From contig NZ_LT667503.1 of assembly GCF_900128735.1 (NCBI RefSeq), positions 411,748 through 443,747 of the forward strand: a stretch of DNA of 32,000 bases. The letters run 5' to 3'. Shown in pieces: positions 17,607-29,447 of this stretch (positions are counted from its first letter, which is position 1; each line of letters starts with the position of its first letter). Source of the stretch: Candidatus Saccharimonadota bacterium. Lineage in GTDB: Bacteria; Pseudomonadota; Gammaproteobacteria; Enterobacterales; Enterobacteriaceae. The notes under the pieces were generated by a model. It saw nothing but the letters and a program-made list of their open reading frames with translations, was not told where the DNA came from and searched no databases. Position numbers and translations under genes: made by a program.

Positions 17607-18866
17607 TTATGATCGTTTCATCATTTCAAAAAACTCATCATTAGTTTTTGTCATAGATAACTTATTAATTAAAAACTCCATAGCATCAATTTCGCCCATA
17701 GGATGAATAATTTTTCGTAAAATCCACATTTTTTGTAATTCTTCTGGAATGGTTAATAATTCTTCACGTCTTGTACCTGAACGATTATAATCAATCGCAG
17801 GAAAAACTCTTTTTTCTGCTATTTTTCTAGATAATGGCAACTCCATATTTCCAGTCCCTTTAAATTCTTCATAAATAACTTCATCCATTTTAGATCCAGT
17901 ATCAATTAAAGCTGTTGCTATAATAGTTAAACTTCCCCCTTCTTTCACATTACGAGCTGCTCCAAAAAATCTTTTCGGTCTATGTAAAGCGTTAGCATCA
18001 ACTCCGCCAGTTAATATTTTTCCAGAAGCAGGTACTACTGTGTTATATGCTCGAGCTAAACGAGTAATAGAATCTAATAAAATAATCACATCTTTTTTGT
18101 GTTCCACTAATCTTTTCGCTTTTTCTATTACCATCTCAGATACTTGAACATGTCTAGAAGCAGGTTCATCAAAAGTAGAAGCGATAACTTCTCCATTAAC
18201 TAATCTTTGCATTTCTGTAACTTCTTCTGGACGTTCATCAATTAATAAAACCATTAAAACACATTCCGGATGATTATAAGCAATACTTTGTGCTATATTT
18301 TGTAACAACATTGTCTTTCCAGCTTTTGGTGGAGCTACAATTAATCCTCGTTGACCTCTTCCAATAGGAGATGCTAAGTCAAGAACCCGAGCCGTTAAAT
18401 CTTCAGTAGAACCATTACCTCTTTCCATTTTTAATCTAGAATTAGCATGTAATGGTGTTAAATTTTCAAATAAAATTTTGTTACGTGCATTTTCGGGACG
18501 ATCATAATTTACTTCATTAACTTTTAATAATGCAAAATATCTTTCGCCCTCTTTAGGGGGTCGAATTTTTCCAGAAATGGTATCACCAGTTCTTAAATTA
18601 AAACGACGTATTTGACTAGGTGATACATAAATATCATCTGGACCTGCCAGATAAGAACTGTCAGAAGATCTTAAAAAACCAAAACCATCCTGTAAAATTT
18701 CTAACACACCATCACCAAATATATCCTCTCCACTTTTTGAATGTTGTTTAAGAATAGAAAAAATAATATCTTGTTTCCTCATACGCGCTAAATTTTCAAG
18801 ACCTATACTTTCACCAAGAATAATAAGCTTAGAAACCGATTTATTTTTTAATGCAGTAAGATTCAT
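17607..18866 (-). CDS. rho: Transcription termination factor Rho
   Basis: 419 aa from ATG 18866 ([42 protein letters not shown]...). It is nearly residue-for-residue identical to E. coli Rho, including the Walker A PPKAGKT and the C-terminal FFEMMKRS. The 21-aa upstream extension in the ORF track is spurious. Confidence 0.98.
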   Translation of the reverse strand: MNLTALKNKSVSKLIILGESIGLENLARMRKQDIIFSILKQHSKSGEDIFGDGVLEILQDGFGFLRSSDSSYLAGPDDIYVSPSQIRRFNLRTGDTISGKIRPPKEGERYFALLKVNEVNYDRPENARNKILFENLTPLHANSRLKMERGNGSTEDLTARVLDLASPIGRGQRGLIVAPPKAGKTMLLQNIAQSIAYNHPECVLMVLLIDERPEEVTEMQRLVNGEVIASTFDEPASRHVQVSEMVIEKAKRLVEHKKDVIILLDSITRLARAYNTVVPASGKILTGGVDANALHRPKRFFGAARNVKEGGSLTIIATALIDTGSKMDEVIYEEFKGTGNMELPLSRKIAEKRVFPAIDYNRSGTRREELLTIPEELQKMWILRKIIHPMGEIDAMEFLINKLSMTKTNDEFFEMMKRS

Positions 18867-19113
18867 AATAATAAGTTTCTTAATCAATTTATAGAAAACC
18901 TTAAAATAATTTTTATATATAAAAAACAAAGATATATAAAAAATAAAAGAAATTTAAAAAAAAAATAAATATATATACAAATCAAGTAAAAATTTTCTAT
19001 AAAAATATAATAAAAAAAAATAAATAATGCAATTATTACACTTATTATTTTTATATAAATATAATTATATACATTATAAAAATTATACATTTTTTAAATG
19101 TTATTTTAAAAAT

Positions 19114-19458
19114 TTATATATTTTCTTGATTTAAATGAGTATTTAAAAAATCAATTAATTCTACTTTTGATAGCGCACCAATTTTTGTACCGATTACTTG
19201 TGAATTATAAAAAAGTAAAAGAGAAGGAATACCTCTGATAGAATATTTTGGTGGAATAAGACTATTTTTATCTACATTCATTTTACCGACTATAATTTTT
19301 CCTAAATATTGATCAGCAATATCTTCTAAAATAGGCGCTAAAATTTTACAAGGTCCACACCAATCCGCCCAAAAATCCACTAATACATATTTTTTTGATA
19401 ATAATACAATTTCATTAAAGTTTTTATCAAAAACTTCAATTATATTACTGATTTTCAT
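19114..19458 (-). CDS. trxA: Thioredoxin 1
   Basis: 114 aa. VLVDFWADWCGPCK is the active site, and GIRGIPSLLLF is present. It lies adjacent to rho as in enterobacteria. Confidence 0.95.
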   Translation of the reverse strand: MKISNIIEVFDKNFNEIVLLSKKYVLVDFWADWCGPCKILAPILEDIADQYLGKIIVGKMNVDKNSLIPPKYSIRGIPSLLLFYNSQVIGTKIGALSKVELIDFLNTHLNQENI

Positions 19459-19570
19459 ATAATATTCTCATATTTAAAAATATTTAAATTATATTTAAAA
19501 AAATAAAAAATTTTATTTTTTTAATAGTGTATATATTAAAAATTTTCTTTCGTTTAAAAAAATAAAATCT

Positions 19571-21520
19571 TTAAGATTTATTAACCCATACTGTTGAAGA
19601 TTTAGGAAGTTCTAACAAAAAACGACTAGGTTGTAAATGTTCTTTAGTACCAAATTTTATTTTATTTTTACAAAAACTTAAAAATAATTGCTGTCGTGCT
19701 CTTGTTATTCCTACATACATCAGACGACGTTCTTCTGATACATTTTCTTTTAAAATACTTTTTTTATGAGGCAAAGTTCCTTCCTCTACCCCTACAATAT
19801 ATACCACTAAAAATTCTAAACCCTTCGATGCATGTAAAGTCATTAACTGTAACTGATCTAAAGACATACTAAGACTATTATTATATTTAATATTATGATG
19901 AATATTCTGATCTGAAATAAGATGCAATAAAGCATCCCCTAAAGTCATTGGTCGCTTTAAAACTTTTTTATTTAAAATAGTTTTTAACCAATGCGAAAAT
20001 ATTTGAATATTTTTAATAGCTCTTTTTAATAATATTCGATCTTTAATTTTTTTATTTAACCAATTTATATAATCAATTTTTTTAATAATCAAATCTAAAA
20101 TATCTTTAGAATTTTTAGGAATTAAAAGCATAATTTTTTTTATCCATAAAATAAAATTATGTAAAATTAAAACGGTATTTTTTTTAAAATGAAAAATAAT
20201 ACGGGCATCCATGCTCGCAAAAAATAGGCAAATTTTATATTTCTTAGCTAAAGATTTTAATTTACATAATGTAACTGAACCAATTTTACGACGTGGAATA
20301 TTAATAATTCTTAAAAAAGCTATATCATCATAAGGATTAACAATAAGACGTAAATATGCTAATAAATCTTTAATTTCTAAATTTTCAAAAAAAGAGTTTC
20401 CTTCATGAATATGATATGGAATTTTTTGATATATTAATTCAAATTCGAAAATCTTTGCTTGATAATTATTACGATATAAGATAGCGTAATCTTGGAATTT
20501 TTTTTTATAAAAATTTTTATGAACTTTAATATGATTAACTATAATTTTAGCTTCGTGAACTTCATTTAAAGCAATAAAAATATATATTTTTTTTCCAAAC
20601 GCTAAAGTAGAAAATAACTTTTTGTTAAACAAATTAGAATTATTGGCAATTAATTGATTAGCGGCTTTTAAAATACAACCAGAAGAACGATAATTTTGTT
20701 CTAATTTAACAACATTTAAATTTGGAAAATCATCTCTTAAAAAGTAAAAATTTTTTGGGCGCGCTCCTCTCCAGGAATAAATAGACTGATCATCATCACC
20801 TACCAATGTAAAATTTTGATTTTTTTCACTTAATACTTTAATTAATTCATATTGACTTCCATTTGTATCTTGATATTCATCAACTAATAGATATTGAATT
20901 TTTTTTTGCCAACGAAGTCTCACTAATACATTACTTTTTAGTAGTAATGTTGGTAAAAAAATTAAGTCATCAAAATCCAATAAATTATGAGACCTTAAAA
21001 AATTAGTATACTTATGATATAAATCAAAAAATTTTTCATGTGATATTTTTTTTATATATATACGAGCTAATTCTGGCGATAGTAAAAGATTTTTCCATTT
21101 TTTAATTTGATTAAACAATTTTTTTAAAAGAAAAATATCATTTTTTAATTCTATTAATGCTAAATCTTTTAAAACATGTAATTGCTCTTGATTGTCTAAT
21201 AATGTAAAAGAAGAAGAAAAACCTAAGATTTTAATTTCTTCTCGAATAATCTTTAAACCAAAAGCATGAAAAGTAGAAATAAATAATTGCTTTATTATTT
21301 TGTCAGATAATAAATTTAATAAACGCCATCGTATTTCTTGAGCAGCTTTATTAGTAAAAGTTACAGTAATAATTCTAGAAGGATCATATTGATAAAATGT
21401 AATTAATTGAAAAATTTTATTAATAATTACACTTGTTTTACCGGAACCAGCGCCTGCTAAAACTAGACATGGACCTTGAATCAAATGAATAGCTTTTTTT
21501 TGTGCAATATTTAATTTCAT
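19571..21520 (-). CDS. rep: ATP-dependent DNA helicase Rep
   Basis: 649 aa. MKLNIAQKKAIHLIQGPCLVLAGAGSGKTSVIINK (motif I), VTFTNKAAQEI, LLVDEYQDTN (motif II), VGDDDQSIYSWRGA, MTLHASKGLEF and YVGITRAR are present. Its position next to ilvC matches E. coli rep. Confidence 0.93.
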   Translation of the reverse strand: MKLNIAQKKAIHLIQGPCLVLAGAGSGKTSVIINKIFQLITFYQYDPSRIITVTFTNKAAQEIRWRLLNLLSDKIIKQLFISTFHAFGLKIIREEIKILGFSSSFTLLDNQEQLHVLKDLALIELKNDIFLLKKLFNQIKKWKNLLLSPELARIYIKKISHEKFFDLYHKYTNFLRSHNLLDFDDLIFLPTLLLKSNVLVRLRWQKKIQYLLVDEYQDTNGSQYELIKVLSEKNQNFTLVGDDDQSIYSWRGARPKNFYFLRDDFPNLNVVKLEQNYRSSGCILKAANQLIANNSNLFNKKLFSTLAFGKKIYIFIALNEVHEAKIIVNHIKVHKNFYKKKFQDYAILYRNNYQAKIFEFELIYQKIPYHIHEGNSFFENLEIKDLLAYLRLIVNPYDDIAFLRIINIPRRKIGSVTLCKLKSLAKKYKICLFFASMDARIIFHFKKNTVLILHNFILWIKKIMLLIPKNSKDILDLIIKKIDYINWLNKKIKDRILLKRAIKNIQIFSHWLKTILNKKVLKRPMTLGDALLHLISDQNIHHNIKYNNSLSMSLDQLQLMTLHASKGLEFLVVYIVGVEEGTLPHKKSILKENVSEERRLMYVGITRARQQLFLSFCKNKIKFGTKEHLQPSRFLLELPKSSTVWVNKS

Positions 21521-21620
21521 AATATTTGTATAATTAAAAAAATAGAAGATAATTAATTTAATGAATTAATTTATATGTAAAAAAATACGCTTTTGATATA
21601 TAAAAAATTAAAAGTATCTT

Positions 21621-23087
21621 TTATAAAGACTTTGTTTTTCTCATATAAGACCGAAGACGTTTGCCAACTAATTCAATTCGGTGATTTCGTACACTATAAT
21701 TTATAGATAAAAGTTGATTCGGATTAATATTTTCTTCTATTATTGATTCACCTAAATCACTGCTTTTAACTGAATTGATAAAATTATTTAATAATGGTAT
21801 AGCACGATTAGAAAAAAGGTAATTTCCATATTCTGCTGTATCAGAAATAACCATATTCATTTCATATAGTCTTTTTCGAGCAATAGTATTAGCTATTAAA
21901 GGTAATTCGTGTAGAGATTCATAATATGCTGATTCTTCTGTAATGCCAGCTTCTAACATTGTTTCAAATGCTAATTCTACCCCTGCTTTTAACATAGCAA
22001 TCATCAAAGTACATTTTTCAAAATATTCCTGATCTTGAATAATACGATTTTCATAAATCGCAGATTTTTCAAAATTAGAATCACGTAGTTTTTTTCTCCA
22101 TGTATATAAATTTAGATTATTATCTTTCCAATCTTGCATCATATTTTTAGAAAATTGACCAGATATAATATCATCCATATGCAAACGATACAAAGGTTTT
22201 AAAATTTTTTTTAATGCTAGAGATAATGTATAAACGCGTATTTTAGCTGTATTAGAAAGAAAATCTAACAATAAAGATATTCCACCAACCTTCATCACTT
22301 CTGTTAATTTTTCCCATCCAAATTGCAGTAATGTGGTGGAATATTCAGAATCATAACCTTTACTAATTAAATGCTGATAACAAACTAAAGAACAAGCCTG
22401 TAGCATTCCACATAAAATAGTTTGTTCTCCCATTAAATCTGATTTCACTTCCGCAATAAATGAAGAACTTAAAATTCCTGCTTTATGAGAACCTAATCCC
22501 ACTGCCCAAGCTTTAGCTAATTCTAAACCTTCTAAGTTTGGATCATTCATTTTATGTACAGCAATTAACGCGGGTACTCCAAAACCTTTCAAAAATTCTT
22601 GACGGACTTCGGTTCCCGGACATTTAGGCGCCACCATAATCACAGTAATATCTGAACGAATTTTTTCTCCTACTTCTACAATGTTAAAACCATGGGAATA
22701 TCCTAAAATAGCATTTTTTTTCATTAATTTTTGTAATTTTTTTACAACAATTGTATGCTCTTTATCCGGAGTTAAATTAATTACAAAATCAGCGTTTGGT
22801 ATTAACTTCTTATATGTATCTACTAAAAAATTATTTTTAATAGCATTTTGCCAAGAAATAGATTTCTTTTTGATAGATTCACTTCGTAAAGCATAAGCAA
22901 TATTTAAACCTGAATCTCGTAAATTTAAACCTTGATTTAAACCTTGCGCTCCGCATCCAACAATAACAATATTTTTTTGATTTAATATTTTTGTAGAATT
23001 TAAAAAATCTTTTGAATGTAATAAAAATCCAGTATTTAGCTCTTTTAATTGATTTCTAAAATTTAATGAATTGAAATAATTTTTCAC
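21621..23087 (-). CDS. ilvC: Ketol-acid reductoisomerase IlvC
   Basis: 488 aa (E. coli 491). [14 protein letters not shown], the Rossmann motif [18 protein letters not shown] and [12 protein letters not shown] are present. Confidence 0.96.
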   Translation of the reverse strand: MKNYFNSLNFRNQLKELNTGFLLHSKDFLNSTKILNQKNIVIVGCGAQGLNQGLNLRDSGLNIAYALRSESIKKKSISWQNAIKNNFLVDTYKKLIPNADFVINLTPDKEHTIVVKKLQKLMKKNAILGYSHGFNIVEVGEKIRSDITVIMVAPKCPGTEVRQEFLKGFGVPALIAVHKMNDPNLEGLELAKAWAVGLGSHKAGILSSSFIAEVKSDLMGEQTILCGMLQACSLVCYQHLISKGYDSEYSTTLLQFGWEKLTEVMKVGGISLLLDFLSNTAKIRVYTLSLALKKILKPLYRLHMDDIISGQFSKNMMQDWKDNNLNLYTWRKKLRDSNFEKSAIYENRIIQDQEYFEKCTLMIAMLKAGVELAFETMLEAGITEESAYYESLHELPLIANTIARKRLYEMNMVISDTAEYGNYLFSNRAIPLLNNFINSVKSSDLGESIIEENINPNQLLSINYSVRNHRIELVGKRLRSYMRKTKSL

Positions 23088-23174
23088 AATATAAGTCCTT
23101 ATGTACTCATCAATTGTTTTTTATATAAAAAGAAAAAAATCTTTTTTGACGTCATTTCATCCATACAAATAATT

Positions 23175-25031
23175 TTAATTATGACGATATAATTTTTTTA
23201 AATCACGAACCGCACCTTGATCTGCGCTAGTAGCTAATTTACTATAAATCTTTAAAGAATCAGAAATAAAACGAATACGATTTTTTGGAGTATACGCATT
23301 TAAGCCACGACTTTCTTGTTTTATTTTTCTTTTTTTTAAAATATTTTGAGAAACATTTAAATTAATGCAACGGTTTTGAATATCAATAAAAATTGAATCA
23401 CCATTCTTAACTAACGCTAATAAACCTTTATTAGCTGCTTCAGGCGAAATATGTCCAATAGAAATTCCAGAAGTACCTCCTGAAAAACGGCCATCGGTTA
23501 TTAAAGCGCATGATTTATCTAAACCTTTTGATTTTAAATAGGTAGTAGGATATAACATTTCTTGCATTCCAGGACCTCCGCAAGGACCTTCATATCTAAT
23601 CACTATTACAGTACCAGGTTTAATTTGATCAGTTAAAATAGCTTTAACAGCATCATCTTCACTTTCATAAACGCACGCTTTTCCTAAAAAGACTAAATCT
23701 TTTTTATAAATTCCCGCGGTCTTTATTATACAACCATCTTGAGCGATATTCCCATATAAAACTGCTAATCCACCATCATAACTATATGCAAATTCGTAAG
23801 AACGTATACAACCAAACTGACGATCTGTATCTAAGGTAGACCATCTAAATGATTGAGAAAAAGGAAGAATTGTCTTTTTTCCACAAGGTCCTGCTAAAAA
23901 CATAGATTTTATCTTATCATCTTTTGTTTTTAAAATATCATATTTTTTTAAAGTTTTAGACAATGTCATACCTAAAATATTTAAGACCGAGGTGTCAATC
24001 ATTTTTTTATTATTTAATTCAGATAAAATAGCCATTACACCACCAGCTCGATGCAAGTCTTCCATATGATATAATTTAGTACTAGGAGATAATTTGCATA
24101 AATTTGGAGTAGTGCGTGATAAACTATCAATATCTTTCATAGTAAAATCAATTTTAGCTTCATTAGCCATCGCTAAAAGATGTAAAACTGTATTAGTAGA
24201 ACCACCTATTGCAATGTCCAGTGTCATAGCATTTTTTAATGAAATCTGGTTTACTAAATTACACGGCAATAACCGAAAATCATCTTTTTCATAGTAATTC
24301 TTAGTATTTTTAACTATAATCTCCCCAGCCTTCAGAAAAAGTTTTTTACGATCGCTATGAGTAGCTAAAATTGTGCCATTACCCGGTAAAGATAAACCAA
24401 GAACTTCAGTTAAACAATTCATAGAATTTGCAGTAAACATCCCGGAACATGAACCACAAGTTGGACATGCTGATTCTTCAATATCATGCAAAATCTGATC
24501 AGATGTATTTTTATCAGCGCTATGTGTAATAGCATCAACTAAATCTACAGTAAAAATTTCATTTTTTACTTTTACTTTTCCAGATTCCATGGGACCGCCA
24601 GAAACAAAAACAGTAGGAATATTTAATCTTAAAGCAGCAAGTAACATACCAGGGGTAATTTTATCACAATTTGAAATACAAACCATAGCATCAACACAAT
24701 GAGCTTGTATCATATATTCAATAGAATCAGCAATTAACTCTCGAGAAGGTAATGAATACAACATTCCCGAATGCCCCATTGCTATTCCATCGTCTATTGC
24801 TATAGTATTAAATTCTTTTGCGATTCCACCAAATTTTTTAATTTGAAGCGATACTAATCTACCTAATTCACGTAAATGAATATGACCCGGTACAAATTCC
24901 GTAAAAGAATTAACAACAGCAATAATAGGTTTTCCAAAATCTTTTTCTTTTACTCCGGTTGCTCGCCATAAAGCTCGAGCGCCTGCCATGTTCCTTCCGT
25001 TAATAGTTTTTGCAGAACGATAGATAGGCAT
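23175..25031 (-). CDS. ilvD: Dihydroxy-acid dehydratase IlvD
   Basis: 618 aa from ATG 25031 ([26 protein letters not shown]; E. coli [26 protein letters not shown]). [14 protein letters not shown] and [11 protein letters not shown] are present. The poly-Phe 42-aa extension in the ORF track is spurious. Confidence 0.96.
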   Translation of the reverse strand: MPIYRSAKTINGRNMAGARALWRATGVKEKDFGKPIIAVVNSFTEFVPGHIHLRELGRLVSLQIKKFGGIAKEFNTIAIDDGIAMGHSGMLYSLPSRELIADSIEYMIQAHCVDAMVCISNCDKITPGMLLAALRLNIPTVFVSGGPMESGKVKVKNEIFTVDLVDAITHSADKNTSDQILHDIEESACPTCGSCSGMFTANSMNCLTEVLGLSLPGNGTILATHSDRKKLFLKAGEIIVKNTKNYYEKDDFRLLPCNLVNQISLKNAMTLDIAIGGSTNTVLHLLAMANEAKIDFTMKDIDSLSRTTPNLCKLSPSTKLYHMEDLHRAGGVMAILSELNNKKMIDTSVLNILGMTLSKTLKKYDILKTKDDKIKSMFLAGPCGKKTILPFSQSFRWSTLDTDRQFGCIRSYEFAYSYDGGLAVLYGNIAQDGCIIKTAGIYKKDLVFLGKACVYESEDDAVKAILTDQIKPGTVIVIRYEGPCGGPGMQEMLYPTTYLKSKGLDKSCALITDGRFSGGTSGISIGHISPEAANKGLLALVKNGDSIFIDIQNRCINLNVSQNILKKRKIKQESRGLNAYTPKNRIRFISDSLKIYSKLATSADQGAVRDLKKLYRHN

Positions 25032-25317
25032 ATTTAAATACTCATATATAAAAAATGTGAAAAATAAAATAAATAAAAAAAAATAAAAAAAATAGAAGTA
25101 AATTACATTAAAAAAAAATATAAATATTTTTTTTATTTTTAAATTTTTATAATTCATTGCAATATTTTGAATTTTTAAAAATATATTGTTAATTTATTTT
25201 TTTTGATAGGCAAATATGATAAGATTTTAAATATATAATATATATAGTTTCGTTATGATTGTTTAGAATAAAATCGAAAAATAAATCTTCCATCCTAACA
25301 TAAAAAAATTATTAAAA

Positions 25318-25391
25318 CAGGGGTGGAGGGAATTGAACCCCCAACATTCGGTTTTGGAGACCGATGCTCTACCTTATTGAACTACACCCCT
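25318..25391 (-). tRNA. trpT: tRNA-Trp (anticodon CCA)
   Basis: The reverse complement aggggtgtagttcaataaggtagagcatcggtctccaaaaccgaatgttgggggttcaattccctccacccctg is close to E. coli trpT. Confidence 0.95.
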
Positions 25392-25667
25392 AAGAAATTT
25401 TATATATCTAATAAAATATTTTTAAAGTTTCTTTTTTAATAATATTATTATAAAAATAATTATACATGAGAGATAAAAAAAAAACAACAAGAACAAATTT
25501 TTATCACTTAGTTATATAAAGTTTAAATAATTTATTAATATATATAAAATATTTAACTATATTTATAGTATTTGTTTTATATCATTTTTTATATCAATAA
25601 AGATATATATTCCATATAATGATCTTTATATTTTTATTTTAATGATAAAAAAAAGAGTTTGTATAAT

Positions 25668-26882
25668 ATGAAAAATAAAACCATTTATTTAGATTATGCA
25701 GCAACCACTCCATTAGATCCAAAAGTAGTCAAAAAAATGAAGCGGTACCTTACTTTAGACGGAGTATTTGGAAATGCTGCATCACGATCTCATCAATTTG
25801 GATGGCATGCAGAAGAAGCTGTTGATATCGCCCGAAATGAAATTGCCGATTTAATTGGTGCAGATTCAAGGGAAATTATTTTTACATCCGGCGCTACAGA
25901 ATCAAATAATTTAGCTATTAAAGGAGTATGCGAATTTTACAAAAAAAAAAACAACCATATCATTACTAGTAAAATTGAACACAAATCTGTTTTAGATAGC
26001 TGCCGGTACTTAGAAGGAAAAGGATGTAAAATAACATATTTAACACCACAAACAAATGGTATAATTAATATTGAAGAAATAAAAAAAAATATTTTACCAA
26101 ACACGTTATTAATATCTATTATGCATGTAAATAACGAAATTGGAGTTATCCAAGATATTAAAATGATCGGTAAAATTTGTAAAAAAAAAGGAATCTTTTT
26201 TCATGTCGATGCCACACAGAGTCTTGGAAAAATAAATATTAATCTAAAAAAATTAAATATTGATTTATTATCATGTTCCGGCCATAAAATATATGGACCG
26301 AAAGGAATAGGAATCTTATATGTACGACGACAACCACGAGTACGTTTAACAGCTCAAATTCATGGAGGTGGACATGAACGAGGAATGCGATCTGGAACAT
26401 TAGCCGTACATCAAATTGTTGGTTTTGGGGAAGCATGTAAAATCTTAAAGAAAAAAATGAAAAAAGAAAATATTCGATATTTCCAATTAAGAAATATGTT
26501 ATGGAATGGTATCAAAAATATTCCAGAAATTTATTTAAATAGTTCTTTCAAATATATTACTAGCAATATTTTAAATGTTAGTTTTAATTTTATTGAAGGT
26601 GAATCATTAATTATGGCATTAAAAGATTTAGCGGTTTCATCTGGATCTGCCTGTACTTCCGCTAGTTTAGAAGCTTCTTATGTATTACGTGCAATCGGTG
26701 TAAAAGATGAACTAGCACATAGTTCTATACGCTTCTCTTTAGGAAGATTTACAACAATTCATGATATTGAAAATACAATTAAATCTATCCATAAGGCTGT
26801 AAATAAATTACGTATTCTTTCGCCATTATGGGAGATGTTTCAAAAAGGTATTAATTTAGATACAATTTTGTGGAATCAATAG
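25668..26882 (+). CDS. iscS: Cysteine desulfurase IscS
   Basis: It starts [48 protein letters not shown] (PLP lysine), [12 protein letters not shown] (catalytic Cys) and LSPLWEM are present. I prefer ATG 25668 over the TTG 25659 of the ORF track. Confidence 0.96.
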   Translation: MKNKTIYLDYAATTPLDPKVVKKMKRYLTLDGVFGNAASRSHQFGWHAEEAVDIARNEIADLIGADSREIIFTSGATESNNLAIKGVCEFYKKKNNHIITSKIEHKSVLDSCRYLEGKGCKITYLTPQTNGIINIEEIKKNILPNTLLISIMHVNNEIGVIQDIKMIGKICKKKGIFFHVDATQSLGKININLKKLNIDLLSCSGHKIYGPKGIGILYVRRQPRVRLTAQIHGGGHERGMRSGTLAVHQIVGFGEACKILKKKMKKENIRYFQLRNMLWNGIKNIPEIYLNSSFKYITSNILNVSFNFIEGESLIMALKDLAVSSGSACTSASLEASYVLRAIGVKDELAHSSIRFSLGRFTTIHDIENTIKSIHKAVNKLRILSPLWEMFQKGINLDTILWNQ

Positions 26883-26900
26883 CGTTCTGGAGTAGAAAAA

Positions 26901-27284
26901 ATGACTTATAGTAAAAAAGTATTAGATCATTATGAAAATCCTCGCAATGTTGGATCATTTAGTGAAAAAGAAAAAAATGTTGGTAGTAGCTTAGTAGGCG
27001 CGCCATCTTGCGGAGATGTTATGAAATTACAAATAAAAGTTAATTCTAAAAGTAATATTATAGAAGATGCATGTTTTAAAACATATGGCTGTGGATCTGC
27101 TATTGCATCAAGCTCATTAATGACAGAATGGGTAAAAGGAAAAACTTTAAATGAAGCTGAAAAAATAAAAAATTCCGAAATAGCAAAAGAACTAGAATTA
27201 CCTCCTGTTAAAATTCATTGCTCTATTTTAGCTGAAGATGCAATTAAAGCTGCTATTTCTGATTATAAAAATAAGCTAAAATAA
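26901..27284 (+). CDS. iscU: Fe-S cluster assembly scaffold IscU
   Basis: 127 aa. YENPRNVGS, GAPSCGDVMKL, YGCGSAIASSS and LPPVKIHCSILAEDAIKAAI are present. A ggag SD lies 8 nt upstream of the ATG. Confidence 0.96.
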   Translation: MTYSKKVLDHYENPRNVGSFSEKEKNVGSSLVGAPSCGDVMKLQIKVNSKSNIIEDACFKTYGCGSAIASSSLMTEWVKGKTLNEAEKIKNSEIAKELELPPVKIHCSILAEDAIKAAISDYKNKLK

Positions 27285-27321
27285 AAAATTAAAAAAAATT
27301 AATGAAATAAATATTATATAT

Positions 27322-27362
27322 GTGCTGAATAATTTATTTTTTATTTCAGCACTATTTTTTTT
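27322..27362 (+). terminator. Hairpin plus T-tract in the iscU-hscB spacer (candidate intrinsic terminator/attenuator)
   Basis: gtgctgaa (27322-27329) pairs with ttcagcac (27345-27352) across a 15-nt loop, followed by tatttttttt. The stem is short and the loop is large. Confidence 0.35.
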
Positions 27363-27428
27363 AAGAATTTGATATTATTTTAAATAAAAGAATTAAATCA
27401 TTAATTATAAAAATAAAAAGGAAGATTT

Positions 27429-27938
27429 ATGGATTATTTTTCTTTATTTCAAATACCCCAAAAATTTCACATCAATAAAAATCTTTTAGAAAAAAAATTC
27501 TATTCACTACAAAAAAAATATCATCCTGACATCTATAAAAAAAAAAATCATAATAAAAATGATTATCCTATTTCTTCTTCCAAAATAAATAAAGCATATA
27601 ATATATTAAAAGATAAATTTAACCGAGCAAAATATCTTTTAAAAATATATAACGGAAATAAAATAAAAAAAAAAAAAATTCTCACGCAAGATTCTTTAAA
27701 TAAACAATTTAAACTATATGAGATTATTGAAAAATTTAAAAAAAAAAAAGAAGATATTAAAAATATTGATATTTTTATTAAAAAAATTAAAAATAAAATT
27801 CGTTATTATTTTTTTAAAATTAATCAAGAATTTAAATTAAAAAAAATATGCGAGGCTCAAGAAACATTGTATAATTTATTTTTTAAAAAAAAAATATTAT
27901 TAATCTTAAAAGAAATAAAGGATGATTATGTTAAATAA
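27429..27938 (+). CDS. hscB: Co-chaperone HscB (J-protein)
   Basis: 169 aa (E. coli 171). MDYFSLFQIPQKFHINKNLLEKKFYSLQKKYHPDIY is a J-domain with HPD. It lies between iscU and hscA. Confidence 0.88.
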   Translation: MDYFSLFQIPQKFHINKNLLEKKFYSLQKKYHPDIYKKKNHNKNDYPISSSKINKAYNILKDKFNRAKYLLKIYNGNKIKKKKILTQDSLNKQFKLYEIIEKFKKKKEDIKNIDIFIKKIKNKIRYYFFKINQEFKLKKICEAQETLYNLFFKKKILLILKEIKDDYVK

Positions 27939-29447
27939 AAAAAAAAATCTTATGTCATTGGAATTGATTTCGGAACATCATATTGTTTAGTTTCATATAT
28001 AAAAAAAAACAAACTATTTATTGTATCTAATAAAAAAAATTGTAAATTAATTCCTACAATTATTACTTTTCAAAAGAAATGTTTTAAAATTGGCTGGAAC
28101 GCAAAAGAACAAATGTTTCAAGATCCAGTAAACACAATTTCTTCTATAAAAAGATTAATTGGTTTTTCATTAAAAAAAATTAATAAAAAATACCCTATGT
28201 TACCATACATTATGAAAGAAAATAGTGAAAATCAAATAGTGTTTATCACTTCTTTTGGAGAGATATCTATTTCTTTTATTATCCAAGAAATTTTAAAATA
28301 TTTACTTAAAAAAACTAAAAAATTAAACGCTCATTTAATTTCAGGAGCAGTGATTACTGTTCCGGCATATTTTAATAACATTCAAAAAAATGAAATTCGA
28401 AAAGCCGCTAAAATTATAAATTTAAAAATACTACGACTATTAAACGAACCAACAGCTGCCGCAATAGCTTATGGTTTAGAAAAAAAACAAAAAGGCATCT
28501 TTTGTGTATATGATTTAGGCGGTGGTACTTTTGATGTTTCAATATTGAAAATTTCTAAAGGAATTTTTGAAGTTTTATCTACTAATGGTCATAATAGTTT
28601 AGGTGGTGATGATTTTGACATATTAATTGCTAATTATATAATTAAAAAATTAAAAATTTCTAGAAAATTAACTGATTATGAATACAAACAATTACTAATT
28701 GAAGCAGAAAAAATAAAAATTGACTTAAGTAAAAATAAAAAAACGAAAATAGTTTTTTTAAATCAAATAATTAATTTTAATTACCATAATTTTAATTTAT
28801 TAATCATTCCTTTAATTCAAAAAACTATAAAAATTTTAAAAAGTGCTCTTATAGACGCTAATATATATAAAAAAAATATTGATGAGATTATATTAGTTGG
28901 AGGATCTACTTATATTCCTTTAGTTCAAAAAACAATTGAAAAATTTTTTTCTAAAAAAACTTTGTCGTCTATTGATCCTACTGAAGTAGTTGTACGGGGA
29001 GCTAGCTTACACGCTTACTTTTTAAAAAATCAAAAAAACAATAAGCAAAAAAATTCTGTTTTATTACTTGACGTCCTACCTATTTCAATTGGAATAGAAT
29101 TAATGGGTGGGATTATGGAAAAGATGATTTTAAAAAATACAGTTTTACCTATAGAATCTAAAAAAATATTTACTAATTTTAAAAAAAATCAAACAGGTTT
29201 TTGTATAAATATATTTCAAGGAGAAAAAAAATATGTTAAAGATTGTCAATTATTAAAAAAATTTAAAATAAAAAATTTACCTAAAAAAAATCCAGGAGAA
29301 ATAAAAATTTTAATTATATTTCAAGTTGATGTTGATGGTTTATTACATGTTGTCATCAAAAATAATGAATTAAAAATTCAGAAAAAAATTAAAATAGATA
29401 CTATATATAATAATAATTATACTACAATTATTGACATTCAAAGATAA
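27928..29447 (+). CDS. hscA: Fe-S chaperone HscA (Hsp70 family); start region out of frame at an A11 tract, and the C-terminal helical lid is absent
   Basis: The frame of ORF 28113..29447 extends upstream to the hscB stop and encodes SYVIGIDFGTSYCLVSYIKK (the phosphate-1 motif), but has no start codon. ATG 27928 (MLNKKK) is in another frame across the A-run 27937-27947. VITVPAYFN, LLNEPTAAAIAYG, DLGGGTFDVS, LVGGSTYIP and FQVDVDGLL are present. Confidence 0.88.

Noticed and set aside
18867-19090. N-terminal 21-aa extension of rho (ORF track start 18929) and the overlapping 68-aa ORF 18884..19090
   Set aside because: Rho aligns from MNLTALKN at ATG 18866 exactly as in E. coli. The upstream residues are poly-F/I/Y/K translations of AT-rich spacer.
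22681-22896. 71-aa plus-strand ORF inside ilvC. Similar ORFs occur at 24094..24294 in ilvD, 26239..26436 in iscS and 30512..30709 in der.
   Set aside because: All are antisense shadow ORFs within strongly supported conserved genes.
25032-25157. 42-aa poly-Phe N-terminal extension of ilvD suggested by the ORF track
   Set aside because: IlvD aligns from MPIYRSAKT at ATG 25031. The extension is a translated poly-A/T spacer with no homologue.
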